Notes under the pieces: generated by a model
The model's database searches: none
Seen by the model: only the letters and a program-made list of their open reading frames with translations
What the model was told of the DNA's origin: nothing
Assembly (NCBI RefSeq): GCF_009914755.1
Contig: NC_060925.1
DNA: 64,000 nt
Source: the human T2T-CHM13v2.0 reference genome, Homo sapiens
Direction: 5' to 3' (one strand)
Position numbers and translations under genes: made by a program
Shown here: positions 24,551 to 39,014 of the stretch, piece by piece
Layout of the letters: each line of letters starts with the position of its first letter
Numbering within the stretch: position 1 is the stretch's first letter

Positions 24551-27500
24551 TTGGCTAATGAAACCATAAATTATCCCCTGCATAAGAAGACAGAGGTTAA
24601 GAGGTTACATTGCTTGAGAGATATTTCTGTTTTATACATTTCTTTCTACAAAGCAAGTAGATATAGTAATAACCAGGCACACAATAAGACAACTGGTATT
24701 ATATTGTTCATGATACAAGATTGTTATCTTCAAGTCATTTGCTGAAGAACACAGATGATAAAAGAAATAGAAGAAATTCAAATGTAGGGCTGTGTGACCT
24801 AATGACTGGACCTTGATCATTAGTGTCAAGTGGTAAAATGTACCGTGAATATCCTTTCATTTCTTTCCTACTTTTCCTACTCTCTTTTCCCAATCCTCAT
24901 TTACTTATTTCTTTAATTAATAGCACTAAGAAGTCATCGACCTAGAATCTCTAAATTTAATAGTTAAAATATTTTAGTAACAGGGAAAAATATTGGCATA
25001 CTAGCCACGTACACATGAATGAAAAATTTTAATTCCATTTGTCATATATAGCTATATTAATCACAACTTGATAAGTAGTCAGAATACATCCATCCATACA
25101 TGTCAAAACTGTACCAAATGCTGCACATATTTTCTGAAGAAAGTTAATTTAACCCCTTCAATTATCAGTTATTTGTATTTGTATGTGTGTGTACAGACAC
25201 TTACTTGTGTGTATATATGTTTACTTCTATAGAAAATATTTAGCATAATAATTGTATACAGGTATTTGTGAGCATCTAGGATCTAATTTACATGAAATCC
25301 CTTGATAATTGTAAAATGCATGAAAAACGCTTACTGATAATTAGCGATGAATTACATAGAACTGAGCAAACATGGCTTTAGGTATCTATATGGAATGGAG
25401 ATATTTAATTTTAATGTTCCATTTTTATTGGAATAGTTGTTTATCAATCCATAATGCACACAGATAATCACACAATTTTACTTTCTGTCAACAAAGAAAT
25501 GGTATTCCTAAACATATACTTCAATTTAATTTTGTTTCTATTTATTAATATATCAAATTTCTATGTCTATGACATTAACATTTTGATTAAACTTTTTATA
25601 GAGGCAAGAAAGTATACATTTGATAATGTACCTGAATAGCTAATGATTATGTATAAGAAAACTAGGGCCACTAAACTGCTCTTTGGAAATAAATGACCTG
25701 CCACTCTCATTAGGGAACATAACTAAATAATTTTTGATATGTATGCAAAAATTAACTTACAATATTGACATAACATATATACTATGTAATGTTGAAAGAA
25801 CTTCAACCCATTAACTAGTCTGTGTTTACTCTTTAGTTTTTATTTCACATGGATTCTGCTACTTATTTTTTGTCATTTTGCTGGTTTTTGACACTCTGAA
25901 CCATGTGTAAACAGTGGCTTAATTTTATAGTTTTTTTTTATGTTGGTAAAAGTTTTACTTATAGTAAAGGTTTATATAATGATTCAGTATTGATTAATCC
26001 CTAAGCCTACAGATCATTTGATGTGATCCCTAAAACTCCCATCATACCTACAGGATACTGAATGCATAATGTTCTAGTAACATTCTCCAGATAACTAGAG
26101 ATCACATTGCTCTTCCAACTGATTCATAGAGTATTATTAAATATGTACATATCATGAGAGTGTGGATTGATTCTTTCTCCCTAAAGTTTTAGGTTCCTTT
26201 TGATCTCAACATCGTTTCTATGTGGTTAAAAGTTCCATGAATAGTTCCAAAAGTAAATCTTTATCATTATGAGGCAATATCTGATAGTTTATGCTGAGAT
26301 CATAATACACACACATACACACAAAGGGAGAATGAGAGACAGACAGAGAGAGAAGAGAAATTTGTAGCATCAGATGCTTACTTCAACTGGTTTTTGTTAA
26401 TCCCATAATAATCTAAAATCTTTTCTTAGACTTCAGGATATGTTTCTTATGATAATAAACATCCATAGGGTATGTGTATACTTCATTATAAATAACTCCC
26501 TGATAGAGACTGTTTTAATTCATTCTAGAATCCCTTTTTCTCTCATTTACCCTTACCAAATTCATACATTTATTTTATGATAAATTTTTCACAATGCATA
26601 TCAAAGTCCACCTTTAAACTGTGATTACAAATGAGGCAGCAGGCAACCTAAAAAGAGCATCACAGGAGAAGGTAACCTTTTGTAAGGCCATTCATATCAA
26701 CTGTATCTATCTTGCCTAGGCCATGGGGTAGAGGGAAACAGGGTGGATTGATCCAACACTTGCAGGGACTTTTAGCACCAGTTGGCAGTGCCATCTTCCT
26801 CTCACAAATCAATACTCAGAAGCAAATGTCTGTTCCCTAAGGTAACCCAGGCAATTCTCCCCGAAGATCTCTACTTATCACTGAGTATCAATACTGTTTT
26901 ATCTCATATAAAATTATAGTCTTTACTTGTTTTATTTGAAGAAAGTACATTTATAAAATAGTTTTGGAACATTATAAACATTTTATTTAAATGGGTGACT
27001 CAAGCATGTTGGTTTAAATTAAACCACATGCTTGGGATATTCATAGAGCTATGTAAGGACTATATTTTATGAAAATGCAGGGTGCTGAGCAGCAAAATTT
27101 AATCTGGAGGGCACTTGTCCTCAGTCATGTGCGACAAGATGTATTAGCCATGAATGAATTGCAGCAGTGCTACTTGAGTTTCTTTAATTTTCTAAACCAA
27201 GATTGTAAAAAGAATCAGTGGTATTGAATCCCACTGGCTATGGCAAAAAGGCACTGCTCAGAGATAAAGAACAATTTATCTTCTGCTGTAAAAAAGAGCA
27301 GTTTTGGCAGATAGTAAAATACATCACTGTATAATATACTCTAGGAACAACATCAGAAAATATGGATTTTTTCTTAAAATTTTAAGAGTACTGATTCCAC
27401 ATACCTTCCCAAATAAAAGGTAATGATAGTGCTAACTGCAAAGTATAAATATTAAAAATCTAAATTACAGTCTAGGAGGGCATATGCACATGACTTTATG

Positions 27501-30500
27501 AGATGTATTTTTAGCAATGATTCAGTAAGAATAATATTTCACTTAGGTAACTGAAATACTAATTAAGCTTCCAATATTCCATGTATTACCACTATTATAT
27601 CAAATTGCATATTGCCAGATTAGAATGGTGGGCTTCTTCTAGATGTTATTTTACCTACCAGGTTATAGTTTATGGATTATAGAGTTTATCATATCCAGAT
27701 ATTTATAAATATCATTAAATGGTAGGATGGTTCCCCTCTTTTTGAGATCCTGCTTTTTACAGTTTCTTTTTCTATGTGTAATACTTATAAGCAATTAGGT
27801 TATTGATGGCCTGATCATGTCTTATTTGTTTCTTTTTCTTATTCAGTACACCAATAATATTTAACACACTTTAAAAGAAAGCAGCATTTAATTTTGAGCT
27901 CTGATTTTTGAATACCAGGACAAAGGAGAGAAATACTAGTAAATGATGGAACCACTCACTAATTTGGGTTTTAAGTATATAATTAACTTTTCTGCTCCTT
28001 GGATAAAAGGAGCACTACCTCCATAAGACAATAGAAAAATCAATATAATTAATATTTGTCAGATTTTGCAGATGATTGAATGTGTACAGCTATTGTTTTG
28101 TCGATGTCACCAAGGTAACACTGATGCTTTATAATTGAAAAGCAAAACAAGTGTTTCCTTTTCTATCTTTGCAATAATTTCATACAGAATGATCAAGAAA
28201 GTTCTAGTCCAGAAAAAAATCTATTAATCAGTACTAATATAATGTGCATAAAGTATCAGTAAAACAAGCACACAATCAGGAATATCTCTTTAATATAATT
28301 GATATGATAGTGATTCAAAATGGAAAATTTAGGGACTATATGAATCTGCCAAATTTGTGGTCGTGCATTATAAAGCTAATTATAAAACAAGATTAGAGTG
28401 AATGTTAGCTCCTGATATCAACACCATCACTCCCTTAAGCATCCATCTTGCTGGGATGACTTGGAACAAAGAATTAGAAACAAAGGATCCTTAAAAGATC
28501 AAAATATATTTTAAGGCCACAGATATTATTTAATTTTCTAACTCAGTATAAGAAATATATATATTTTTTCATATTATATATTCATTTTTAATTATATGCT
28601 ATTATTTTCTGTATACTTTTATACAGATACATACAATCTGTAGGCATTACATGTATATTTTTAAAAATATAAAAAGAATATTTTTAAAGTGTTCATTTTT
28701 AATCATATTAAGGTGTATCCCAGATCAAATTATAACCCTGAAAGCCTGCCTCCCATACACCATTTTAATTTTGTAGGACTTAGCCCTATAGATTAACCCC
28801 AAGGTTTCACATTCATAGTATATACACACAGTTAGAGATAAAATATAGGGATGATATGCAAATTATTAATGATCTTGATCTAAGGTATCAGATCATTGCT
28901 GTCATTCAATGAGCAACAACTTTATACAAAATTTTAAAAATACTGAAGGTAAATTTTTTAGAATTATTAAAATTTAAAGAGCATATAGTTGGCAAATCTA
29001 CAAAAGTCACATGAAAATTAAACAATTGAATTTACAGAAAGGATTTGAACACAATAAATGGCATTAATATTTGACCAAATGTTTGTCTTACTTCTCTGTG
29101 TATGTGAAAACAGTGACCCTGATAATATATATTATATAATATCTCTCTCAGAATGATAAAGGGAAAAGGGAGCTAATATTTTTGCAAGTATACTTTGTAT
29201 AAGGTACTATTCAGGAGGCTGAAACAAATGAGAAGTTTTTATTTTTAGTAGTATCATGGTGTATTATATAAATATTTTATTTTCCATCAAACTTTGAGTC
29301 TCAAAAGTAAGAACATTTTTATCAGGAAGTAACCGCTGTTAGAGTGAAAGTCCACAGCAAACATGCTCAGGAAAGTTGCCAAGATTCCCTAGCTGTTTCT
29401 CTCAAAAACATGAAGATCAATTATTTCACTCAGAAATAGGCTTAAACATTTTACCTTCTGGGGGATAGTAAAAACTGAAAATAACCAGGAAGCTCCTTAA
29501 CCTCACAGTAAACACTGTTTTCCACAGCACACTGGAGATGATGATACCATGAAAGCATCTAATAAATGTGAAGATCTAGAAAGGATTTTGGGAAATTGAA
29601 TTTGCTTTTCACAAAGGGGATTTTATATTTGTCTTCCTTCTGTCTATTCATCTAAAGATTCTTAATTCATGACCACATGTCACATGAAAGGCAAAAGTAG
29701 CTTTTCAGAGTTTCTAATTGGACATTCATGTTGTATCAGATGTTTTCATTGGCCTCAGCTCTTCTGCACATCTTGAAAGGCCATGCAAGATGGGTTTCAA
29801 ATGGGGATGATGCCTACTGTGTCATCTGCCATGCACGGTGACTTACATATGCATACAGCCCAAGCACAGTATGTGCACAGCATGTTGTATCTTGAACATG
29901 AAAGAAGGCTTCTCCCTCATGCATGTGTTTGTTGGCATCTTTCTGTCAATCTTACCATTATGCATCATGACAATGAGGCACAAGGATTTATCAAAGATTG
30001 TCACATAGCTCTACATTCAATATCCATGCTTAGCCATTGAAACAAGCCAATAACCTAACTGAAGGACGTTCATTATTATAATATTTTTAAACAACCACAA
30101 CAAAAGTACATTAGAAAAGCTAGAGTTATCACTTGAGGATAAAGAGCTACTGCTCTTAGTGTTGTTTATTACTTTCCTAATAGTTTCAGGTTTTACCACT
30201 CATGACTCTACCAATGCATTCTTAATGGGCCGTACATAGTTCAAATTAATTGTTTTCCTATAAAGTGGTGGGCCTAAACTGCTTCTACATTTTTGTTGCC
30301 AAGCATAAAATTCTTTTAAAAGTCCATGTTAATTTTAATTGAAATTATTCTTCCGAAATGTAATAATTCAGATTTTTTTCTTATTACATAATGTAATGTC
30401 TTCATTTAAAAAAAATAGCAATTTGACAATGATACACCAAGATTTTTTTCTTAGACATAAACATGATGTATTTTCATAGACATATAAAAAAACACAAAAT

Positions 30501-31031
30501 ATTTATTTGTGTGTTTCTGCAAAGCCCTACTGGATATGGTCAGGAAGTTAAGATTTTTTTTTTTTTGGCTTAACAGCCATATAGCTTTATTACTCTATAT
30601 CATATCCAGGGACCATATCCAATGTAAAATTCCTGAAAGTACAGACAGATTTAGGAATGATTGATACCTTTTATATACACCTTGTAAGATACTGCATGCC
30701 TTGTGTGGCCATTACATTATAAGGTGTTATATATAGTGTACTAAAAATTAACACCAAGCTGCAATTTTTCTTGTTGTTATTGTGATGGTACTGATGTAAG
30801 TTTGGGGAAAACTGAGAGCAGTTTTGTAGACTCAACCCAAAGGCATTTTCTGCATTAACTAGGTAAATTAGTGCCTTCCTCCCTCAGGTTCACTCACTCC
30901 CTTCTTTTTTCTTCCTTTGAATGAGTTAGGTATTACTAGAATCTATGCACAATCTTTAAAAAAATTTGTTTTATGACAATGAAAGGAGCGTATTGTGGAG
31001 AAGTAAAAAGGAGATTCCTAATAATGCTAAA

Positions 31032-31262
31032 TAAGTTGAACATCCCAAATCTGAAAAGCCAAAATCTGAAATGTTCCAACTTTCAAAACTTTTTGAGCAC
31101 CAACATGATGCTCAAAGAAAATGCTCACTGGAACATTTTGGATTTGGGATTTTTAAATTAGGGATGCTCAACCTGTATATTGCAAAAATTTCAAAATCTG
31201 AAAAAACTCTAAATAAAAAACATTTCTGTGCCAAGCATTTCAGATAAGAGATTTTCAACATG
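31032..31262 (-). mobile_element. Tigger4a/MER46A MITE
   Basis: gttgaacatcccaaatctgaaaagccaaaatctgaaatg...gggatgctcaacctg...ccaagcatttcagataagag; characteristic internal repeats of the terminal inverted repeat. Confidence 0.88.
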
Positions 31263-31394
31263 AATTTGTTTTAGGTTTCAACTTCATTTTTTATTTGCTT
31301 TTGTCTTAACTCATGCTAAAACGCTTACTAAAATATGCACCTATTAGAACATTATAGGAAAAAATGCAATTTTATACTTAGAAAAATAATCGCT

Positions 31395-31723
<329 letters not shown>

Positions 31724-32989
31724 CTACAATAAAAGGATTTCTGGCAAATTGAGATAATAAGGCATAGTGCCACAAAAAGTCATTTTAATAATTGAGAATG
31801 AAATTAAAATTTTAATAACCATTTTCTAATTTTCCTGTGTGCCATGTTACAGTGGCAAGTAGATTTAGGACAACTTATCATATAATTTTGGACAACTAAT
31901 CAGGTTGTCCAAAATTATCTAGCCTCTGATTTCTATTTCAGTAGAATATTCCAAAATAAAATTATCTGAAAATTTTTGTGATGTTACCTGAGCCACAGGA
32001 AATTGAAGAATACACAAAGAGTTATGTATCATGGATTTTTATGTTCCACTAGAAGTCAATGTTTTATTGTTCCTACCCCCAAAGTGATAGATGGCAAAAT
32101 ACAAATAAATAAGTCCTAAAAGTTAATTTTAATCACTACAGTGACCAACTATTAGAAAATCATATTCTTTAGTATTTAAAAATGAGTATCGGAACACTGC
32201 TTAGATGCCTCTCATTTATTCAGTCTTAATTTTGCAAAGCAGAATGGTTGCAAATATAGGTTTATTAACAGAAGCACTACTTTTGTCATTTTGCCTTTAG
32301 ACTTCAATATATTATATTTTATATTTTGAACTTTGCAAAAATAACTGTTTTAGTCTATCACGTAACTTGATAGCCAATGAGCTATCTCTATAATAAATGA
32401 ACTAGATTATTGTACACTAGAGATCAAATATTTAAAAATGAGTTTTTAAAAGGCAATCATTCATAAATTGATTAACAACGTAGAATTATAAACATGCCAC
32501 TTTATTCACTAGCACAGGCACAACCAACAGTCCAATGCTTGACAATATATATTTCCAAATGCTGAAACGTTTCTCCATTTTCATCTGCAAAATAAATTCT
32601 CTTTCATATAATATTACAACCAGCGAAAGCATTTACATTCCCAACCTACAGACCTAAAAATAGAAGACCCTAGCAAAGGAATAAATTAAAATATATTGCC
32701 AAAAAAATGGAGCAAGCCACTTCTACATTTGGTAAGATTCTATGATTTAAAAACAAAATAAGACTTTCATTAGCCCTGGGTTAAGAAACAGTCAGTTTAG
32801 ATTTTTTGGATGAACCCAATTAAATTTTAATTCAGTATTTTCCTTTGCATTTTTTGTTGTATGTGTCAAGGCCACTGTATTGCACAACTCTGTCAGTTTT
32901 TCAGAGAGAAAAAGGCTTTTGTCTTGGAGAATATAATGTTCCATTGCTCTCTCCTGGTTGCTGAAAGATCTATAATTGGTGGGAGAATA

Positions 32990-33490
32990 GGCGGAGGCTG
33001 CTGGTATTTCCCCAAGTAGTTTTCTTCCTGTGGAACTGAAAAGGTACCTTCACTTTTTAGACGGTTGCCCAAAATAAATACCATATTTCTAGCCTCCTTG
33101 ATAGCTAGGAGCGTACATATAACTAAATTCTGGCCAAAAGACTGGAGGTAGTGGAAAGGAAAAAGACCGTTTGTCTGGCAAGCATTTTACAAGAAGACTA
33201 TATGACTTTGCCTTTTCCAGTTCTCTTTCCTATTCCTAGTAGCTGACATGAGATGTAATATGGGAACTGAAAAGACTTAAGCCATGAGACAACTTTGAGG
33301 ATAGGGAAGATGCACATTGTCCTAGCAACAAGGTGGAAGGAGCCTGACTTTGTGATAGGAAAACCATACTAGCCCTGGATTACTAACCTCTGGAAGGTAA
33401 TGTGTGGAAAAAAAAATTTCTATGTTATTTTAACAACTGTTATTTAGTTGTTTTCTTTTTTAACGTACAGCCATATCTATTCCTGATACA
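32990..33490 (+). mobile_element. Old ERVL/MaLR solo LTR (LTR33/MLT1-like)
   Basis: atttctagcctccttgatagctagg...aactaaattctggccaa...agccctggattactaacctc...cagccatatctattcctgataca. Confidence 0.65.
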
Positions 33491-33829
33491 AGGAGAATGC
33501 TGAATTTGATTGTCCTGATACTGTTTTTTTCTGATTTATAATACTCTTCTTTGATCTTTTTAAATTGTATGCTCTCTTTGATTATAATAACAACTAGAAG
33601 AAATTACACATCATTCCAGTAGAGAAAATAATCTGATAAATGTGGAGAAATTGCGGGTCAGCAAGAGTAACAGAGAATGACATCTTACACTTAAACAAGA
33701 ATGTGATATGAATTAAAGATTGCCTCAAATATTTATCTTAAAATAAGTTTTCCTTATTTTTACTTTATTTCTTTAATTGACAAATATCAATTGAATATAT
33801 TTAAAAATTGATTGTGATATTTTGTTCTA

Positions 33830-34035
33830 TGTTTAAGTTCCTCTTATATTCCTTACCCAGTCTCCCCTAATGTTAACATCATATATCACCACAGTACATT
33901 TTTAAAAATTATGAAAACAACGTTGGTGCATTACTATTAACTAAGCCTCAGAATTTATCTGGATGTCACCTGTTTTGCCACTAATGTCCTTTTGCCCTTC
34001 AAGGATCCAATCCAGAATATCATATAGTATTTAGT
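33830..34035 (-). mobile_element. L1MC/MD 3' fragment
   Basis: acccagtctcccctaatgttaacatc...ttactattaactaagcctcag...ggatccaatccagaatatcatat. Confidence 0.7.
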
Positions 34036-34056
34036 ACATTGGAGATCTATCTAGAT

Positions 34057-34060
<4 letters not shown>

Positions 34061-34100
<40 letters not shown>
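34061..34100. repeat. (AG)20 microsatellite
   Basis: Perfect run seen directly. Confidence 0.97.
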
Positions 34101-34103
<3 letters not shown>

Positions 34104-34120
34104 ACATAATATGTATCTTG

Positions 34121-34171
34121 GGGGCTGCATAACATGTATACTGTAAAGGGGCTGCATAACATGTATACTGT
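34121..34171. repeat. Perfect 24-bp direct duplication separated by AAA
   Basis: ggggctgcataacatgtatactgt at 34121-34144 and 34148-34171. Confidence 0.95.
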
Positions 34172-34189
34172 GCTACTCTGGGGGGGTGC

Positions 34190-34400
34190 CATGCACATTG
34201 CTGTGCCAGGTACTATTTATATGCTTATCTATCAACTTGTTTAATTATCACAACATCTCTAGAAGGTAGACAATATAAATATCCCTATTTTAAAAATATG
34301 GGCATTGAGGACAAAGAGCTTAAGTAACCTTAAAAGAGCACAAAGCTAATAAGTGGAGAAATTGAGATTGTAGTTACAGGGACTGTGCAATTAGAGACAC
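34190..34400 (-). mobile_element. MIR
   Basis: tgtgccaggtacta...atccctatttt...cattgaggacaaagagcttaagtaacct...cacaaagctaataagtggag. Confidence 0.7.
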
Positions 34401-34683
34401 TTCAAATTCGCAGGTTTCCTATCCCATTTAACCAGCTATGAGAACACAATTCTTATCCCAACAAACTGGGTGATTGACATTAAATAAGTCAATCTCTCTG
34501 GACCTCTTTTTGTGCATCCATGAAATCATAGAAGTGGATTACATAATCTATAAATGTCCCTACCTTAAAAACAAATCTATGAAATTGCAATATGCATTTT
34601 TAAATTTAATTTCTAGCTCAGAGACCTACTGCATTTTTTACTATTTTCAATCCACTTTTTAAACATAAAATGTTCATTAAAAC

Positions 34684-35580
34684 AGAAACTACACATCTAA
34701 CAAATGTCTAATACCAAAAATCTATGAGGAACTTAAATAAAACAGCACACAAAAAACAACCCCATTAAAAAATGGGCAAAGGACATGAACAGGCACTTCT
34801 CAGAAACACATACATGGAGCCAACAAATATATGAAAAAATGCTCATCATTGCTAATCATTAGAGAAGTGCAAATCAAAACCACAATGAGACACCATCTCA
34901 CACCAGTCAGAATGGTTATAATCAAAACATCAAAAAGTGACAGAGGCAGGTGAGGTGCCAAGAAAATAGAATGCTTATACAGTGCTGGTAGGAATGTAAA
35001 TTAGTTCAGTCACTGTAGAAAACAATGTGGAAGTTTCTCAAAGAACTTAGAACTATAATTTGACCTAGCAATCCTACTATTGGGTATTTATGCAAAGGAA
35101 AATAAATTGTTCCACCAAAAAGTCACATGCACTATGTGCATCACAGTGCTATTCACAATATCAAAGTCATAGAATCAACCTAGGTGCCCATCAGCAGTGG
35201 GCTCGATAAAGAAAATTTATTACATATACACCATGAAATACTATGTAGCCATAAAAAAGAATGAAATCATGTCCTCTGAAGCTCCATGGATGTTGCTGGG
35301 AGCCATTATCCAAGCAAACTAGGGCAGGAACAGGAAACTAAAGATTGCATGTTCTCACTTACAGGTGGGAGCTAAACATTGAATACACATGGACACAAAG
35401 ATGGCAACAATAGATATTGTAGACTCATTGAGCAGGGAAGGCTACGTATTGAGCACTATGCTCACTATCTTTGTGAAGGGATCATTAATACACCAAGCCT
35501 CAGGGATATGAAATGTACCCGTGTAAAAAACCTGTACATGTACCCCCAAACCTAAAGTAAAAGTAGAAAAGAAAAGAAAA
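34684..35580 (+). mobile_element. L1PA16/17-like 3' end (~0.9 kb)
   Basis: aaatgggcaaaggacatgaacaggcacttctc...ggacacaaagatggcaacaatag...cctgtacatgtacccccaaacctaaagtaaaagt followed by an A-rich tail. Confidence 0.88.
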
Positions 35581-36801
35581 GTGTCTAAATATGACATGTA
35601 GATTTTCCTTAAAAATACAATTGGAATTTTAATAAGCAATAGTCTCACTCCAAATATTTAGAAATTAGAAGTAGCTAAGGATTTCCACTCCAATGTAAGA
35701 TTGAGTGCTACTTTGAGTTATGACACGTTTTCAACCTAACTTTTCAATAAAGAATGTGTTCAGAAAGAGTGTATTTTATTTTAGCACTTATATGTATTTG
35801 CTAGATTATATACTTTACTAATAATAAGTTGTCTTTAACTGAAAGATGCACCTTTATATATGATAAGTGACAAAAATCATGTACTATTAGTGATAAACAT
35901 TCTCCTTATATACTATTATAAAATGATTTAACAAAAGTTGTATTTGATATATGAATGGGTAATGTAGACTCTACTCACTTGAAAATCTCTCTCATTTACT
36001 CCAAAGGATTGGAAAATTTCTAATGCCTTCATTTTACATTGTGTGGAAATGACAGATAATTGTATTACATACATTTTAGCAACAAAACAACACATTTCAT
36101 TTAAAAGTATCTTCCTTTGTTAGGTCTTATAAAGTACTTGGTTATAGCTTTGAAATAAAGTATATTAATTCATCCAATATTAAATATTTGCTTCACTAGT
36201 ATAATATAAAAAATAATTTTTTTATATTTTATTTTATTTTATATTTATTTTATTTTACATCATATTTACATAAAACTATAGTGATACAAAATATCAGTAT
36301 TTTATTTGTCTCAGAGTTTCTGAGAGCATAATATTCATAATTTCACTTTTATATCACATATTAGTGTATAATAGTTCAAGATATTTTAATGGCAAGTAAA
36401 TTACATGCTTGTACTCTTAACAATGCATGTAACTCAAGTAAAATGAGAAAAATATGGACAGCTTGGACGAAGTTTGTACAGACACATGCAAGGACAACTG
36501 TGTTGTTTCTCTTGCTTACAAACCACAAAGGTTAAAATCACACGAATTTTAGGATGTATTATAATTTCAAAGATGTTAAAATGTGGTGGGGGGGGTGGAA
36601 GTGTCTTAGAATCAGTGAAATTCAGGGTATGTGATTTTACCAAACAGATGTCCTATTTCATGTCTAAAAGTTGATTAAATTTATCTTAATGAAACATGTA
36701 ATTTTAGTAAAAAGGTATGAGAATATAAAATTGGAATGGTCCTAATAACTAGATCAACCAACCTTAATATGACTCTGCCTTGATCCTACCAAATATTTAT
36801 A

Positions 36802-39014
36802 CAAGCACACAGAATTTTATTGTACTTTTCTTTGTTATGCTTTGCAGATATTGCATTTTTCACAAATTGAAGTTTTGTGGCATCCTTGCTTTGAATAAGT
36901 CTTTTGGTACCATTTTTCCAACATCACGTACTTACTTCATGTCTCTGGGTCATGAGTTACCTGGATTACCAAAATTACCCATTTTGGTAATTCCTGCGGT
37001 AAGTCAAACATTTTAATTATCATTATATCTGTTACAGTAATCTGTAATTAGTGATATTTTATGTTACTATTGTAACTTCTAGAGAATCATGAACCATGCT
37101 CATATATGACAGAAAACTTAATCGATAAATGATGTGTATGTTCTGCCTGCTCCACTTATCAGCCATTCCTCCATACCTATCTTTCCCCTCAGTCTTCCCT
37201 ACTCCCTGAGACACAACAATATTAAAATTAGGCCAGTTAATAACCCAAAAACAGCCTCTGAGTGTTAAAGTAAAAGAAATGATCACATACCTCTCACTTC
37301 AAATCAAAAGCTAGAAATGATTAACCTTAATGAGGAAGACATGTCCAAAACTGAGACTCTAAAGACTAGATCTCTTGAGCAAAATAGCCAAGTTGTAATA
37401 GAAAGGATAAATTCCTGAAGAAAATTAAAAATGCTAGCTCACTGAACACAAGTGATAAAGTGCAATAGCTTTATTATGGATATAAAGAGTGTTTTAGTGG
37501 TCTGGATAGAAGGTTAAGCCAACCACAGCATTCCCTTAAACCAAAGCTTAATCCAGAGCAAGGGCTTATCTCTTCAATTCAGTGAAGGCTAGGAGAGGTG
37601 AAGAATGCTATCTAGAACTTTCATAGCTAAAGAAGAGAAGTCAATGCCAGGCAACAAAGCTTCAAAGGACAGGGTGACTCTGTTAGCTTGGTGGCTAATG
37701 CAGCTGGTGACATTAAGTTGAAGCCAATGCTCATTTATCATTCTGAAAATTTTAGAGCCTTTAAGAATTATGCTCAATCAACTCTGCTTGTGTCCTATAA
37801 ATAGAACAAAGCCTGGACGAAAGCACATCTGTTTACAGTATGGTTTACTGAATATTTAAGCCCACAGTTGAGACTACTTCTCAGAAAAAAAAATCGTTTT
37901 AAATATTACTGCTCAATGACAATACACTTAGTCACCCCAGAGTTCTGATGGAGATGTACAAAGAGATTAATATTGTTTACTTGCCTACTAACACAGCATC
38001 CACTCTGCATCCCATAGATGAAAGAGTGATTTTGACATTCAAATCTTATAATTTAAGAAATACATTTTGCAAGGCTATAGATGTCATAGACAGTGATTCC
38101 ACTGATGGATCTGAGTAAAGGAAATTGAAAACTTTCTGGAAAATATTCACCATTTCAGCTGTAATTAAGGACATTTGTAATTCATTGGGGGAAGTCAAAA
38201 TATCAGTGTGAACAGGAGTTTGGAAGAAGTTGTCTCCAACTCTTATGGGTGACTTTGAGCAGTTCAAATCTCCACTGGAGGAAGTAAATGCAGAAGTGGT
38301 GGAAATCACAAGATAACTAGAAATAGAAGTGGAGGCTGAAGGTATGACTGAATTGCTGCAATCTTATAATAAAACTTGAATGAATGATAAGTTGCTTCTT
38401 ATAGATGAGCAAAGATAGTGGTTTCTTGAGATGGAATCTACTCCTGGTGATGATGTGTGAACATTATTGCAATTACAATAAAGGTTTTAGAATATTTACA
38501 TAAAACTTAGTTGATACAACAGTGGCACAGTTTGAGAAAAATGACTCCAATGGTGAAGAAATGCTAGTGTGGGTAAAATGCTATCAAACACCATCACATG
38601 CTGTGGAAAAATATTTGGTGAGAATCAATTAATGTGTCAAACTTCATTATCCTCTTATTTGAAGAAATTTCCCCAGCCATTTCTATATTAAGTAACCACT
38701 AACCTTTTTCAATCAGCAGCCATTAACATCAAGGCAAGACCCTCCAACAGAAAAACGATTATGACTTATTGAAGGCTCAGAGGATTGTTAGCATATTTTT
38801 AGCAATAAAGCAATTAATAAATATTCAAGTATTTTTAAATTAAGTTGTGAGCTTTTTCTAGACATAATGCTATTGTACACTTAATAGACTTCAGTGTAGT
38901 ATAAACACAAGTTTTGTGGGCACTGAGAAACCAAAATGTCACTAGCAGTATTGCGATATTTGCTTTATTGTGGTGATCTAGAACCATGCCCACAATATTT
39001 CCAAGGTAAGCTTC
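36802..39014 (+). mobile_element. Tigger1 DNA transposon, near full length, decayed with internal deletion
   Basis: Left end ta|caagcacac...tttgcagatattgcatttttcacaaattgaag; right end gctttattgtggtgatctagaacc...caatatttccaaggtaagctt; transposase remnants (gcttcaaaggacagggtgactct, ctaacacagcatccactctgcatccc); TA at both flanks. Confidence 0.93.

Noticed and set aside
26761-26790. CTCF-like motif tgcagggacttttagcaccagttggcagtg
   Set aside because: Mismatches at core positions; not supportable without ChIP or PWM scoring.
29783-30040. 85-aa Met/His-rich + strand ORF
   Set aside because: Composition reflects CATG-rich DNA; no known homologue recognised.
37250-38700. Domesticated Tigger transposase gene
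   Set aside because: No long + strand ORF in the track; multiple stops and an internal deletion.
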